A stretch of 63,976 nucleotides of DNA, the filler included, from Stramenopiles sp. TOSAG23-3 (Eukaryota): NCBI GenBank assembly GCA_900128585.1. It is 5 parts of 5 records of this genome, joined end to end, with 100 filler letters (N's around TTAATTAATTAA, not from the genome) between each part and the next. Parts side by side here need not be neighbours in the genome. Positions count along the whole stretch, not along the records: positions 1 to 12,886 come from LT642660.1; 4 more parts are not named here. One strand, 5' to 3'. The notes beneath the pieces were generated by a model. That model saw only the letters and a program-made list of their open reading frames with translations, was not told where the DNA came from and did no database searches. Below are positions 1 through 10,862 of the stretch, in pieces. The position numbers and the translations under genes were made by a program. Numbering within the stretch: the stretch's first letter is position 1; every line of letters starts with the position of its first letter.

Positions 1-281
1 ACTCCCTGCTAGTTTTTTAATTAAAAAAAGTTCACACACATACACACCCCTCTGGACACAAAACCGGTTAAGTACAATAACCTATATAAATTGATAGTGA
101 AAATAATAAAATAAAACCTTTTTATTGTAAAAAATTTAAAAGCTTTTTCGTCCGTTTTCCTCTTATTAGCTGTTAGTTATTTTTCGTAAGACTAACTCCC
201 TGCTAGTTTCTTATTTAAGTCTACACACATAGGCATACACCCCCGTCTGGACACGGAAGTCGGACAAGTACAATAATCTAC
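1..281. repeat. Degenerate direct repeat, period ~194 nt, downstream of POT1
   Basis: 1-86 (ACTCCCTGCTAGTTT...CACACAT...ACACCCC.TCTGGACAC...AAGTACAATAA.CTA) aligns with 195-281. Confidence 0.8.
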
Positions 282-290
282 AACACACAT

Positions 291-2345
291 TTAGCACACG
301 CGAAAGAAAATCTTCCCTTGGTCTGCACGTATAGATTCAAGACCCAGATTCAACAATGTCGTCGGTTTCACCCGCATCAAAGTCGCAATGTTTGAGACGA
401 GCAAATTTTTGACTGCAGCATTGCCAGGATTGCGAAGGTCGCATGCGGGGAGTCCATTAAACAACTTTTCTCCTTCCGTTCCGTCTACAGCAACCAAAAG
501 GGAGGAACCTTGAATGTCCTTCAACCGCATCGTAAAACTATACTTGTATTCGCCTGATTGCGACTTTTCCGTCATATTCTCAACAGTGCTTAAGATTGCC
601 GCAACCTCTACTTGGACTATCCACAGACCGCCTGCAGCACCGGGGTCGCCCCTGTGTGATTTAACTTGGCACAGAGGGGTGAAGCTGACGTTCTCGCCTG
701 CCAGTGGCTTCACGCCGTTGTAGCTGACCACGCCCGTAGTGCCTCCATACCACGGCTTTCCGGGATTTTCCTCCGCAGGAACTATTTCTTCCACTTGTTT
801 TTCCTCTGTGGACAATAGTGCGTCGATCAAAACGTTTGTTGAAATGTTGTCTGCGCCGTACGAAAGAAAATGGAACCTGGAGCTGCCCTCAAAATACACT
901 GAGTGATCCTGTTCACGTTTCAGGTTTTTGAACTCAGCGCAAAAAAATTTCAAGTTGAAATTGGGTGGGGGGTTGTTTCTGTATAACCTCGCCTGGTAAG
1001 TTTGGCAGACGTTTATGCGTTTACGCGCAACCTTGATGATATGGTCGGAAAACGTTTGGTCTCTGAACAAAACTGGGACAATGCCACCATTGAATTGAGA
1101 GAACCCTTCGTTGAATTTGTTAAAAACTGTGCCGTGGCCCGAAAGTCCCGTCCCGTCTTGAAGCAGTATGATCAGCTTTGCATCACTGGGAACGTTGTAC
1201 TTTTCTAAACTGTACCTATCACCGTGGATCACTCCCGGCTGTCCGACTGGGAAAATCTCGAGAACCAAGGCGCGAGTGCTGAAGTGAAAAAACTCGTGCG
1301 ATGCAATAAAACTCAGACGAATCCCACCGTCTATACTATAATACTCTACGGGTGGCATCGTCTGAAAAAATTGCCTGATTCTTTCCACGATGTCGAAATT
1401 AACCGGTTGGTTGCAACCGTTTTCCCCCTTGCCATTGCCCTCAGTGCTATTGTCATCATAAATCATCACGTAGCCAACTTTTCTTTTCGTGTTGAATGTG
1501 ATTTGGAGCTTGTTCTCCCACTCGCTAACTGACACGCGATGGAGTCGAATGATGTCTCCTCTGGCGGTAAAAAAAGGAAGAAACGAATACGCGTCCTCTC
1601 TAGGCACAAAAATGTTGCACGATACCGTCCCCGATCGGTGCTCGTTCTCTAGGAGCGTCCCGGAAAAAATGTTACTCGTAGGTAGTGCGATGGACATGCT
1701 CACCTTGAGATCATTCCCCCTTGTCTGCTCTGGCAAGCCCATGCTATTAACATACGCGTACAAGTCAATGTCCTTCCTAAGCTGACGTCGCCAAGACTTC
1801 GACAAGTCGCTCATGCACGTAATGTAGTTGAAGGCAGCAGGTAGCCCCCCCCCCGTGATAGCTTGGCGTAGAGCCACTGGCCCTACAGGCGACAGGCCCT
1901 CTGGGTCTGACCTATACGTTTCAAAATTTTCCGGGGATACCATATAAGAAACCTGTGAAGAAATTGTGGAACAGTCTACTTTTATTTCTAGGGGGTTCTG
2001 GGCAGTGTGGGTATCTGATTGAGCCACATTGGTTACTGCGACGCCCTTCCCATATATTCTTATCTCCTTGGACGGTGCCACCTTCCATACGTCCAACAGC
2101 TGCTGTTTCCACAACGACGAAAACTTGATTTCAATCGAAGAGAATCGCGTCGCTTCCGATCCCCGCAGCCCCCGCTCGCTCACACAATCCAGAACTATGT
2201 GAACAAAACCATCGCCCCCTTCCATGCCAGACGAAGAACTCACCCGTGGTTCGTATCGGACAATTCCTCGTATTGAAGCATGTTCCAAGGTATCACCAGC
2301 CCCAAGTGTTGATATGGCAACGTGCGTCTCGAAATAGTCGGCCAT
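291..2345 (-). CDS. POT1: Protection of telomeres 1 (OB-fold single-strand telomere-binding protein)
   Basis: 684-aa ORF. OB1 signature IDLYAYV...PEQTRGNDL...CNIF...LP...GDIIRLHRV; C-terminal OB YSFTMRLKD...EGEKLFNGLPACDL. Confidence 0.8.
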   Translation of the reverse strand: MADYFETHVAISTLGAGDTLEHASIRGIVRYEPRVSSSSGMEGGDGFVHIVLDCVSERGLRGSEATRFSSIEIKFSSLWKQQLLDVWKVAPSKEIRIYGKGVAVTNVAQSDTHTAQNPLEIKVDCSTISSQVSYMVSPENFETYRSDPEGLSPVGPVALRQAITGGGLPAAFNYITCMSDLSKSWRRQLRKDIDLYAYVNSMGLPEQTRGNDLKVSMSIALPTSNIFSGTLLENEHRSGTVSCNIFVPREDAYSFLPFFTARGDIIRLHRVSVSEWENKLQITFNTKRKVGYVMIYDDNSTEGNGKGENGCNQPVNFDIVERIRQFFQTMPPVEYYSIDGGIRLSFIASHEFFHFSTRALVLEIFPVGQPGVIHGDRYSLEKYNVPSDAKLIILLQDGTGLSGHGTVFNKFNEGFSQFNGGIVPVLFRDQTFSDHIIKVARKRINVCQTYQARLYRNNPPPNFNLKFFCAEFKNLKREQDHSVYFEGSSRFHFLSYGADNISTNVLIDALLSTEEKQVEEIVPAEENPGKPWYGGTTGVVSYNGVKPLAGENVSFTPLCQVKSHRGDPGAAGGLWIVQVEVAAILSTVENMTEKSQSGEYKYSFTMRLKDIQGSSLLVAVDGTEGEKLFNGLPACDLRNPGNAAVKNLLVSNIATLMRVKPTTLLNLGLESIRADQGKIFFRVC

Positions 2346-3394
2346 CTATTCTTATGCGAGAAGTACAGTCCGAAAATATGTACACTGTGCTGTGGGAACG
2401 ATACATATGGTTTTCTTCAAATAGCTCGATCATAAAATCGAAAATAACATTAACTTTCAATTTTGATCAAATGCATTATATATATAAAGAAGATGTCTTT
2501 GGTTGGTTGAAAAAATTCTTCCTCTTATTTATTACCTTCTTCTTCCTTCTTCTCTTTTTTTTCATTCTTCTTCTATTATTATATATCATCTTCTTCTATT
2601 AATTCAATATCTCATTATTAGCGCAGAAGAAGAAGAAGAAGAAGAAAAAAAGAAGAAGAATTGATGATGATGATGATGGTGGATTCTTCCTTCCACAGCT
2701 TCGTCAGGTTCGTTCCTGTTGGTATTAATACTACGCCTCGTAGTACGTGCGAACTGTTGTTGTGGGTTTGATAATTACCTCGTAAATAATACCTTGAATG
2801 ATTCCTGGTTCCGTGGTGCTCTGGGAGCAATAACGAAAAAGTCATTGAAATAATAAGAGGCAGGAGATGGGGGGGAGGATGATGTGGAGGAGATCGATTA
2901 TTATTTTATTGCGCTGCGTTTAAAAATTATTTTAAAAAAATATAATCTAAATTTTATTAGTAATATTATAGACTATTATACAGTAATAATCCTCATAACA
3001 CATTAAAAATATTATATCACAGAAAAAGATGACTAAAAAGAAGTAATATTTTAAAATATATGAGACTTTTATAAATAATAATATATTTTTAAAAAATCAA
3101 ATGAGATGATGATGATGATACTCTATTAATAATATCATCTTCTACTACTGTAATAATAATAATAATTTAATATTATATTATAGCTATTATTATATTATTA
3201 TATATATATAATAAAATATCTAAAAAAAATAATAATAAAATAATGATGTAGACTAATAAAAAATGATGAAAAACAAATGCGAAGGCAATCATTGAAGGAC
3301 TAAATTATTTCAGAAACATTTGCTACTAAGTGGTCGTAATTCAGAGGAGTATCTTTCCTCAAACTGTTCCTTTTAGATTGGCATTCTAGAGAAG

Positions 3395-3787
3395 ATGAAA
3401 AAAGTGATTCAGCAATTTTTTAGCTTCTTGTTGGTAGGTGCTCTATGGGGATGCACGAACCCGTTTTTAAGATCCGGGTCGAAAGATTTGGTGGAAGGGG
3501 GGGAAGCCGATGGCCGTAGTTGGTTTCGGAGAACATTAGCAACTTTGTTGAATTTTCGGTTTATTATTCCCTTTGCACTGAACCAGAGTGGATCTATGGT
3601 GTACTATTATTTATTAGGAACGGCCGATATTACCCTTGCAAGCCCAATTTGCAACTCACTGACCTTTGCATTCACGGCGATAACGAGTTGGCTGCTGGGA
3701 GAAAAGTTGGGTAGTTTCTTTTACACGGCGATCGGCATTTTTTTAGTAGTAGCTGGCGTTACGGTGTGTACTTTAAGTAAAGTATGA
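3395..3787 (+). CDS. TMEM234: TMEM234-family small DMT/EamA-like membrane protein
   Basis: 130 aa with family motifs LLVGALWGCTNPFL, PFALNQSGS, PICNSLTF and LLGEK. Confidence 0.9.
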   Translation: MKKVIQQFFSFLLVGALWGCTNPFLRSGSKDLVEGGEADGRSWFRRTLATLLNFRFIIPFALNQSGSMVYYYLLGTADITLASPICNSLTFAFTAITSWLLGEKLGSFFYTAIGIFLVVAGVTVCTLSKV

Positions 3788-3960
3788 TAGAGGTGGCTAT
3801 TTTGAATTCAAATCGAATACGACTAGCTGAGTGTAACACTCGTATGTTTACCAGTAATCTAATACAAAATAAATATTGTACAGCACGCAAAGACTCTTTC
3901 GAAAAAGAGGAGCGTCCTGTGCGAGAATTACGAAACCTGCTACTGGGACGAGGACGATTT

Positions 3961-4561
3961 CTATTCAGGGACCACTAGCATTCGTCGTAAACGACGCTCT
4001 AGCATCATCTTGCGGTGCACATTAAAGTCATTCTTCGAAGTCAAAATTTTCTCCCAATGCCTCCCCGAAGACAAGTACGCCGAGTAGTATGCGCCTGACG
4101 CTCCCAGCACGACAGCAAAATGTGTTGCGACTTCAATACCCGTGCCTGGTACAGCTATTGTAGATTCATACAACTTCAGAAGCAAAAAAAAAAACGCTGC
4201 TATCGGGGTAAGCAACGACATAATTCCCAACAGAGCAGCAGACAGGATTACCAACACAAGCTTTAATGGAATATTGCGATTCCGGTGATAAACAACCTTA
4301 AACATAATGAAAATAGAATAAGCAACCCTCACAGACAAAATTGTAAAGGCTGCTGCGATTACCAAAGACCAATTGACTGCAAACCGAACGTTTCGTGTTA
4401 GTGAAAGATAAAACGTAGTGAAAATATTATTAAGCGAATATAAACTTACTGTAAAAACGACGGTCGTTCCCTTCGTTGTCTGACTCGCTTATTTCGACCT
4501 GGTAAAGTCCTGGAGTCTGTAAAAGCTCTATTACATAGCTAAACGTCTCTACGAACGACAT
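3961..4561 (-). CDS. Hypothetical multi-pass membrane protein, 2 exons (4561-4450, 4376-3961), 175 aa
   Basis: ATG at 4561 (MSFVETFSY...). Removing intron 4449-4377 joins it in frame to the hydrophobic ORF 3961-4365. Confidence 0.65.
4377..4449 (-). other. 73-nt spliceosomal (U2-type) intron
   Basis: GTAAGT donor, CTAAC branch point, TTTGCAG acceptor; AT-rich; splicing restores the reading frame. Confidence 0.75.
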
Positions 4562-5645
4562 GGTTCTGCTTACTTACTTCAGCAGCAGTTCCCTCTGTTT
4601 AACAATGTGGTCGGCTGCGGGTAATTATGATATGGTTTGAATCCCAGGTGTTTGTCGGGCATGGGCATTCGTATTACCAAGCGTTTCTTACTTGTTTATC
4701 AAATTCGATTCATTCAGCAAACTAGCTGAACAAAACAAAAAACGAAATTCTCCGAAATCTTCTTCTTATAATTGGCTAAAACAATACTAAGAAGTCAAAA
4801 AAAAAAGAGAAAAAGAAGAAGAAGAAAAAAACAAACAAAAAAACAAAAAAAATTATTATTTAGATAGAAGAACGAAGACGACGGACTAATATTTATTTAT
4901 ATAGAATACTATTTATTATATTAAAATAATCGCAGCACACCATCATCGCCGCCACGGAAAAGAAACTGACGACTTGCTATGCTCATGATATAATATAATA
5001 AAATACAGGGTTTTAATTCAGGCAGGAGGTCGGTACGGTACCAGGTACCTGGTATAATACCTGGTATTGTTTCAGTACTGGTACGGTTTAAATATAATAG
5101 ACTATATAAATAAAAAATACAAAGAAGAAGAAGAAGAAGAAGAAGAAGAAGAAGAAGAAGAAGAAGAAGAGAAATAAAAAAATAATAAAACACTGCGAGC
5201 TGCTGCTGTACCAAAATAATTGACATAATAGCTGCTACCAGGTTCGGGTGCGGTACAGGAAGGTTGGTACAGGTACCTGGCCTGGATATTTAATATTAAT
5301 ATCGGTACAGGTAAAATACAGGTACAGGTAGCCCCTCCAACTAAAAAAAAAATAATAATATTAATAATATTTACAAATAATAATAATTGATGATGATGCC
5401 GCCAAAAAAATAAATATGTTATTATTCTTCTGTAGAAATATATGAAGTAAGTAAGACGTATTAATCCCATTTATGTCCCATCGGCCTTATCTTTGCAACA
5501 ACTTCAAAAAGTTGATACACAAAGTTTGAACAATTCGCAGTTTTGTCGTGTCGCACCCCAATTAGACGTTTTTCGACTTTTCCGACCTATGCCCACCAAG
5601 AGGTTACAATAAGTAGAGGTTCGTAGTGGAGATAGAATTTTTACC

Positions 5646-6338
5646 ATGATTAACTACAACCTGACAAAAAACTGCATCATAAACCCGTTAACTAATACGT
5701 CAAATTGCTCAGCGTTCTTGACGTTTTCGAACAGTACGCAAGAAAATACTATTAAGTCTCCTGGGTTTGTTGCGCTTGTGCAAGTACTGGGTATGTTTGT
5801 ATGTTTGACAGTTGCGTCGACAATATACTGGTGCTGCATTCAGTGTAGGATTAGAGCTAGTTATAGGTTCTTGAACAACCAACTTCCTTCCGGGCGGTTA
5901 TTGCACCACTCCGATAGTACGATTTCGCCGAAGATGAGAACGATTCTCGGGAAAGAGACGGATAAGGTAGAAGAAATGCTGCGCAATTCTTATCAGTTTG
6001 TTCGTGATAACGATTTAAACCTGGGGTGGGGGCACTCGGCGCACGGGCCTGTTAATTTCAAAGCACTGGTTTCAAAAAAGGCAGTAGCGCTGCAAGTAAC
6101 AAAAAGTTCCTCCAATAGGACCTTTAGTAGAAAGAGTAGTGAGAGCGTTGGAGACTTTGTGCTACGACTTAAAAGTCACTCCGTGGCGCTGAAGCATTTG
6201 GGAAGCCTCTGTGATGAATATACGGCGCTATGCGATAAAGCAATGTATGGTCCACAGGAACTAACCTCTGAAGATTTTGAAAAGGCAGAAAAATACGTGT
6301 CGATGATTAAAGATGTCCTAGAGCGAAGTGCATCTTGA
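5646..6338 (+). CDS. Hypothetical single-pass membrane protein; C-terminus resembles NICE-3/C1orf43-like proteins
   Basis: 230 aa: N-glycosylation sequons, then one TM helix and a juxtamembrane CC; C-terminal Y...KAMYGPQELTSEDF. The family resemblance is weak. Confidence 0.55.
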   Translation: MINYNLTKNCIINPLTNTSNCSAFLTFSNSTQENTIKSPGFVALVQVLGMFVCLTVASTIYWCCIQCRIRASYRFLNNQLPSGRLLHHSDSTISPKMRTILGKETDKVEEMLRNSYQFVRDNDLNLGWGHSAHGPVNFKALVSKKAVALQVTKSSSNRTFSRKSSESVGDFVLRLKSHSVALKHLGSLCDEYTALCDKAMYGPQELTSEDFEKAEKYVSMIKDVLERSAS

Positions 6339-6499
6339 ATTAATTGTACAATCTTCGTCAAGACAAGGTGTGCGGGTGGGGCGTAGGAAGTCTCTGTTAC
6401 ATTCTCAATCTTTCTAAGCATGCCGCGCCGCTGATGATGAGGCCGCCGCGCCGCCGCTGCTGCTTTTCGCAAACATTATTTAATTATAATACGTACACA

Positions 6500-6572
6500 C
6501 AGTATTTTTGTTTTTGGGTACGACGAAGCTAAATTTAATTACTTAAATAACAGCCAATTTTCTTGTTTTTAT
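6500..6572 (-). repeat. Solo end of the dispersed TIR repeat family
   Basis: Near-identical reverse complement of 17919-17990; 6536-6572 is a perfect 37-bp inverted match to 6597-6633. Confidence 0.8.
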
Positions 6573-6596
6573 TATCTCCATCTACTGATTCAGATC

Positions 6597-6830
6597 ATAA
6601 AAACAAGAAAATTGGCTGTTATTTAAGTAATTACAGATCATAAAAAAAGTACATCTGAGAATGATAGTCAAGACTAAGTGACGAGGGTATATTGATTTAG
6701 TGAAACCAAAAGAGCAAAGATAAGTTCGCAGTTCATGAAGGAATATAAACCTAGAATGTCTAAATCTAGATTTCAGTTCGCAGTACATTAATTTTAATTA
6801 CTGAAATAACAGCCAATTTTCTTGTTTAAT
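6597..6830. mobile_element. MITE-like non-coding element with ~35-bp terminal inverted repeats
   Basis: Left ATAAAAACAAGAAAATTGGCTGTTATTTAAGTAATTA, right TAATTACTGAAATAACAGCCAATTTTCTTGTTT. Interior 6694-6790 is homologous (inverted) to 22745-22840. Confidence 0.6.
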
Positions 6831-6928
6831 AGTTTAATAGATAGAACACGCAAATTCTTCCCTGCTGCGTAGCCTGGCCGCAGCCACTGTTGAGGTCTGC
6901 GTCGAGATATAGTGAAGAGTTGTCCTTT

Positions 6929-8188
6929 TCATGGAATTATATTCTTCAGTAAGGGTGAAACTTTGTTCGGCTCTGCAAGCATGGACACTTTCTTGTATCC
7001 CACGAACAATTTCGCCCGTTTTTGTTTTTCCAGTGAACCCAAAAACTCGTGGCGGACGATGTCCTCTTTGGACATCCCTGCATCAGTCATGAGGTTTTTG
7101 AAGTGGTCAGCCTTTGCGGACTTTGACAAAGAAAGAGCTTCAGAGTCGGATTTTCCTTTTTCAATTGAAAGGAACGCTTCCGCGGCTGCTTGTAATTCTT
7201 TGACTTCAGCGTTCGCTATTTCTATTGCATAAAGGTCTTGCATGTTGATTTTCGAAGCTGCAGCGGTGTTTCTTGCCCGCTGTAGGGAGCCGTCTCGAGA
7301 GATTGTCGCGTCGAAGCGCTCTCCCTGTGCTACTAATATCTTGTTGATGCGGTCACTGTTTGCCCTTTCTACATCTTTATTGAAGTCTTGCAACACTTTA
7401 ATCATCTGTCGTTCTTTGTTGGACTTCTCCAGCTCAATTGCGTTTATTGCAACGATCCTCTTATTTTGCCTACGTTTTATACTTTTTGCAAGTTCAATAC
7501 TACGCTTACGAACGGCATCTGCCAGCTCAGTGTCTTTCTGTTTTAGCAACTTATCTTGCTGGATTTTTTCGCCGAGTATGTTGTCGATCGCGTCAACAAA
7601 CATCGAATTAAGCTTGATATTTCTCATTTGCAATGATATTACGTTGGCAAACATTGTTTTCAACGATTTGTCTACGTTAGATGTCATGGTGGTCGTGATA
7701 TTAGTCCGGTCTTCCGACAGAAACGAGTTGGCGGGGTAGTCTGATGCCGTGTTGATTATAGAACTAAGAGCAATTCTTTTGTAGATCTCTTCGGCAGCTT
7801 TGTGTGGGGATGGGGACGCCCCGAGCAAGTTAAACAAGTCAAGTAATTTTCCATTATCAAACTTGTATTCCACGGACACGTCAATGCCGATTTTCAATCC
7901 TTCTTGTGTCCTGGTATTCAGAACTTGGCCAGCGGAGGCAGAGAACTCAAACTTTTGGACCGTCTTCGGGTAGCATAGGATATCGTTCCAAAACCCTAAA
8001 AATTTGGTACCTGGTGTAGTGGTTGGGGAAGATTCAACTACTTTCGATATCGTGTTGTACTGAAAGCAGATGTCTTGCTCGTTTTGAACTTTAAACGAAA
8101 CTATAAACAGCACTAACACGGTGACAGAAAAGGTGAAACAGCAGCAAGCGCCACCTTTTTTCTTTGTTTCATCGTCCAGATCGTCCAT
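6929..8188 (-). CDS. SPFH/Band-7 (prohibitin-like) domain protein with long coiled coil
   Basis: 419 aa: N-terminal CCC plus TM helix, PGTKFLGF, RTQEGLKIGIDVSVEYK, DRTNI, ISLQMRNIKL, then coiled coil. Confidence 0.8.
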   Translation of the reverse strand: MDDLDDETKKKGGACCCFTFSVTVLVLFIVSFKVQNEQDICFQYNTISKVVESSPTTTPGTKFLGFWNDILCYPKTVQKFEFSASAGQVLNTRTQEGLKIGIDVSVEYKFDNGKLLDLFNLLGASPSPHKAAEEIYKRIALSSIINTASDYPANSFLSEDRTNITTTMTSNVDKSLKTMFANVISLQMRNIKLNSMFVDAIDNILGEKIQQDKLLKQKDTELADAVRKRSIELAKSIKRRQNKRIVAINAIELEKSNKERQMIKVLQDFNKDVERANSDRINKILVAQGERFDATISRDGSLQRARNTAAASKINMQDLYAIEIANAEVKELQAAAEAFLSIEKGKSDSEALSLSKSAKADHFKNLMTDAGMSKEDIVRHEFLGSLEKQKRAKLFVGYKKVSMLAEPNKVSPLLKNIIP

Positions 8189-9044
8189 GATAGGGAGTGC
8201 CGCGTTTCGTCGTGGTCAGTATTGTGTAACGTTGTGCGAACGGGTTGATGAATAATCTACGGCCGGTGTGAGTGATGAATTTGCTATTTTAGATGTTGCT
8301 GTTCGCTGATCAATGTGATCAATGCTGATCAGGGGATCCATGTCCTTGAAGAAGCGCACGCGCAACGCGTTTGAACCAACATAAACATCCACTTTCTCTT
8401 TCTTGTTTTTCGGTACCTTTTCTAATACAGGATGCTGTACACTATTGTCCATACAACTAACTACCTGACGGTATTAAATACCAGGTACGTAGGAACCAGG
8501 TATTAATACCTGAAGATAATAATACCTACCACCACCGTCCACCGTACGATCCACAGGTTAGTTTTTTATTTCCAGTTGTATAATGTACGAATGTTGTAAT
8601 TGTGCTGCTGTATATATAACTAGGACTATAGATAAATAGTACCTTCGTAAGACAATACCTGCAATAGCACCAAAAAAATACTGCTTCTTCGGGACAAACA
8701 AGAAGAAGATCCAAAAATTTAATATGAGAATGAGACCCCCCCCACTCAATCAATTTCTTCTCCCTTCTTTTTTTTATTATGTCGTTTTATGACTCTATGG
8801 ATGGGATGGGAGTAGTTCAATTGTATTGTTACGTATATTTTACCTATATAATTATTATATTATACAAACAAGGTTGCTGAAATCTATTTTTTAGTCGTCT
8901 TCTAAAAAAACAACTAACATATCATAATTTAACTTTTAACAGTAAATAATTTTGTTTTATTCGTCTAATAATAAATGAAAACTCTAAAAAAATCTGTTTC
9001 TACAAAGGTGGCAACATTTATGTTTCACGCAATTTGTATTCAGA

Positions 9045-10343
9045 TTACTTCTTAGGGGAACATTCGATGCCTTCCGATTGTTGGTATATCTCTTGAAGGT
9101 ATGGTGTAGTCACACCCTTTGCCGATAAAGAGCGTGCCATGGCGACAGGACTCAAAGAAATGCTTAAGGTTGGAGACTGGTCATCAATGTACGACCGGCT
9201 GCGCTTATATGGGGTGCAGCCTTTAGCAGTTCTTGCCAACCTTGCAGCTTCTGATCTGCATCGTATACCTTTCTTCTTTTGGCTTTTGTTTGCCTTGCTT
9301 GGTTCATTTTCAACGCACTCGCTGTCGTTTCTGAATGAATTAATCTGCTTTAGAACAGAGTTTCCTTCCGTGTGCGTCATGGAAGGGGCCAAGGCACCTA
9401 TGTCGTCTACTTCGTCTAACCAGAGGTCCCAATCATCGCTCCAACCTATAAAGTGAATCCTAAATGTCCTTTTCTCTGGATATGACTTTGAGGCTTTATC
9501 TTCCACTATTTGTCCTTTATACCACTTATTGTTTTTGTCTTTTGCGTCCAAAAAATCCCCAACGCGTAGCCTCTTGCACCATTGTGGGGTTCCATGACCG
9601 CACCATAAATCTGGCGAAGACTGCACTTTCTCGTTGGTGGGCGAACCAACCTGGCGCTTTAATGTGCTTTCATACGGCGATCTGTCTGGACGCACTGTTT
9701 CTCTAGTCACCGTACTCTTTGTATTATTGGTAGATGAAGTTGACCTATTACTCTGATCTGGGTTACCGGAGGAATTGACCCCTTGGCTCGTTTTTAGCAG
9801 ATCAATTTCATCCGTACAATTCCAAATCGTAGGAGTGTTCGCTGGTCCCTCAAAAAATTGTTTTCTGAAGGATTGCTCCAAATTGCAAACGTTGGTGGCA
9901 ATGTCCGAAATGCTTTTCATGATGTGCCTGGCGTTGTCTCTGCCTACTTCAACGCCTGGTCTGTCTGAAGGCAGATGTGCCACTGAGTTGGGAGATGTGA
10001 GGATTTTGTTTCTTCTCCTTTCTTTCTCCAAGCATATTTTTGTGGTCTCTAACTCCGAAGTGACGGTTCGTAAAGCCTTTTGCAAGTCTGCGATTCGGTG
10101 AACAAGTTCAACAGGATTAGGGGATTTCGCCCCATCAATGCCTGTACGCTCAATAGACGGAGAGCTAATGTGCTCCAGAACTGAGGCGCCGGACGAAAAC
10201 AGGTTTGAATTCCCCGATTTTAGTAAGCTTATTCGGTTTGGGCGCTTAACGTCTGCACGCTCGTCGTCCCGAAGAGGCGTTTGAGGGACAGGACCTTTTT
10301 TTTCAACATTCAACATGTCTCGGTGTAACGGCGCGTCCTCCAT
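9045..10343 (-). CDS. Coiled-coil protein with MBT/Tudor-knot-like (Royal family) domain
   Basis: 432 aa; LRVGDFLDAKDKNNKWYKGQIVE...RIHFIGWSDDWDLWL. Confidence 0.7.
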   Translation of the reverse strand: MEDAPLHRDMLNVEKKGPVPQTPLRDDERADVKRPNRISLLKSGNSNLFSSGASVLEHISSPSIERTGIDGAKSPNPVELVHRIADLQKALRTVTSELETTKICLEKERRRNKILTSPNSVAHLPSDRPGVEVGRDNARHIMKSISDIATNVCNLEQSFRKQFFEGPANTPTIWNCTDEIDLLKTSQGVNSSGNPDQSNRSTSSTNNTKSTVTRETVRPDRSPYESTLKRQVGSPTNEKVQSSPDLWCGHGTPQWCKRLRVGDFLDAKDKNNKWYKGQIVEDKASKSYPEKRTFRIHFIGWSDDWDLWLDEVDDIGALAPSMTHTEGNSVLKQINSFRNDSECVENEPSKANKSQKKKGIRCRSEAARLARTAKGCTPYKRSRSYIDDQSPTLSISLSPVAMARSLSAKGVTTPYLQEIYQQSEGIECSPKK

Positions 10344-10862
10344 TTTGTCTTTGTAAATATTGTTGATACTATCAGTGGTTGTTGGGGTCGTTTGAGATTA
10401 TATTTGTATACTTGCGGTAACTTTTCCGGGCGAAAGTCTGGATAAAAGTCCTGTGAATGGGATGGGGGTATCGATTTTGGGCAAATGTTCGTTATTTACA
10501 ATTTCAGCTGGTGGTTGTTGAATGTAGTCGGTTTGTTGGTGTATGGTGGGTGGTGTTGTTCTTTGTTTTTTTACTACTGTTGTTGTTTTGTTTTTTCTGT
10601 GTGCTTTTACATTTAATAATATTATGCTGTGTGAATGTATTTTGTGTTGATTTTTTTATTCAGTTGGTCTAGAGTGGTCAATTCAATACATAACACAGCA
10701 TCCAGCACGGCCCAACCGTTAATTTCCATCCTCAAACTGCTGTTCATCTCCTACAATATTTCATAGGTTTTCAGTATATATTTAAGTACATGTGTACATA
10801 TAGTATTGTTGACTTTTTGTCATAGTTATTGTGGAGTAATACATCACATGAAATTATTTTGA

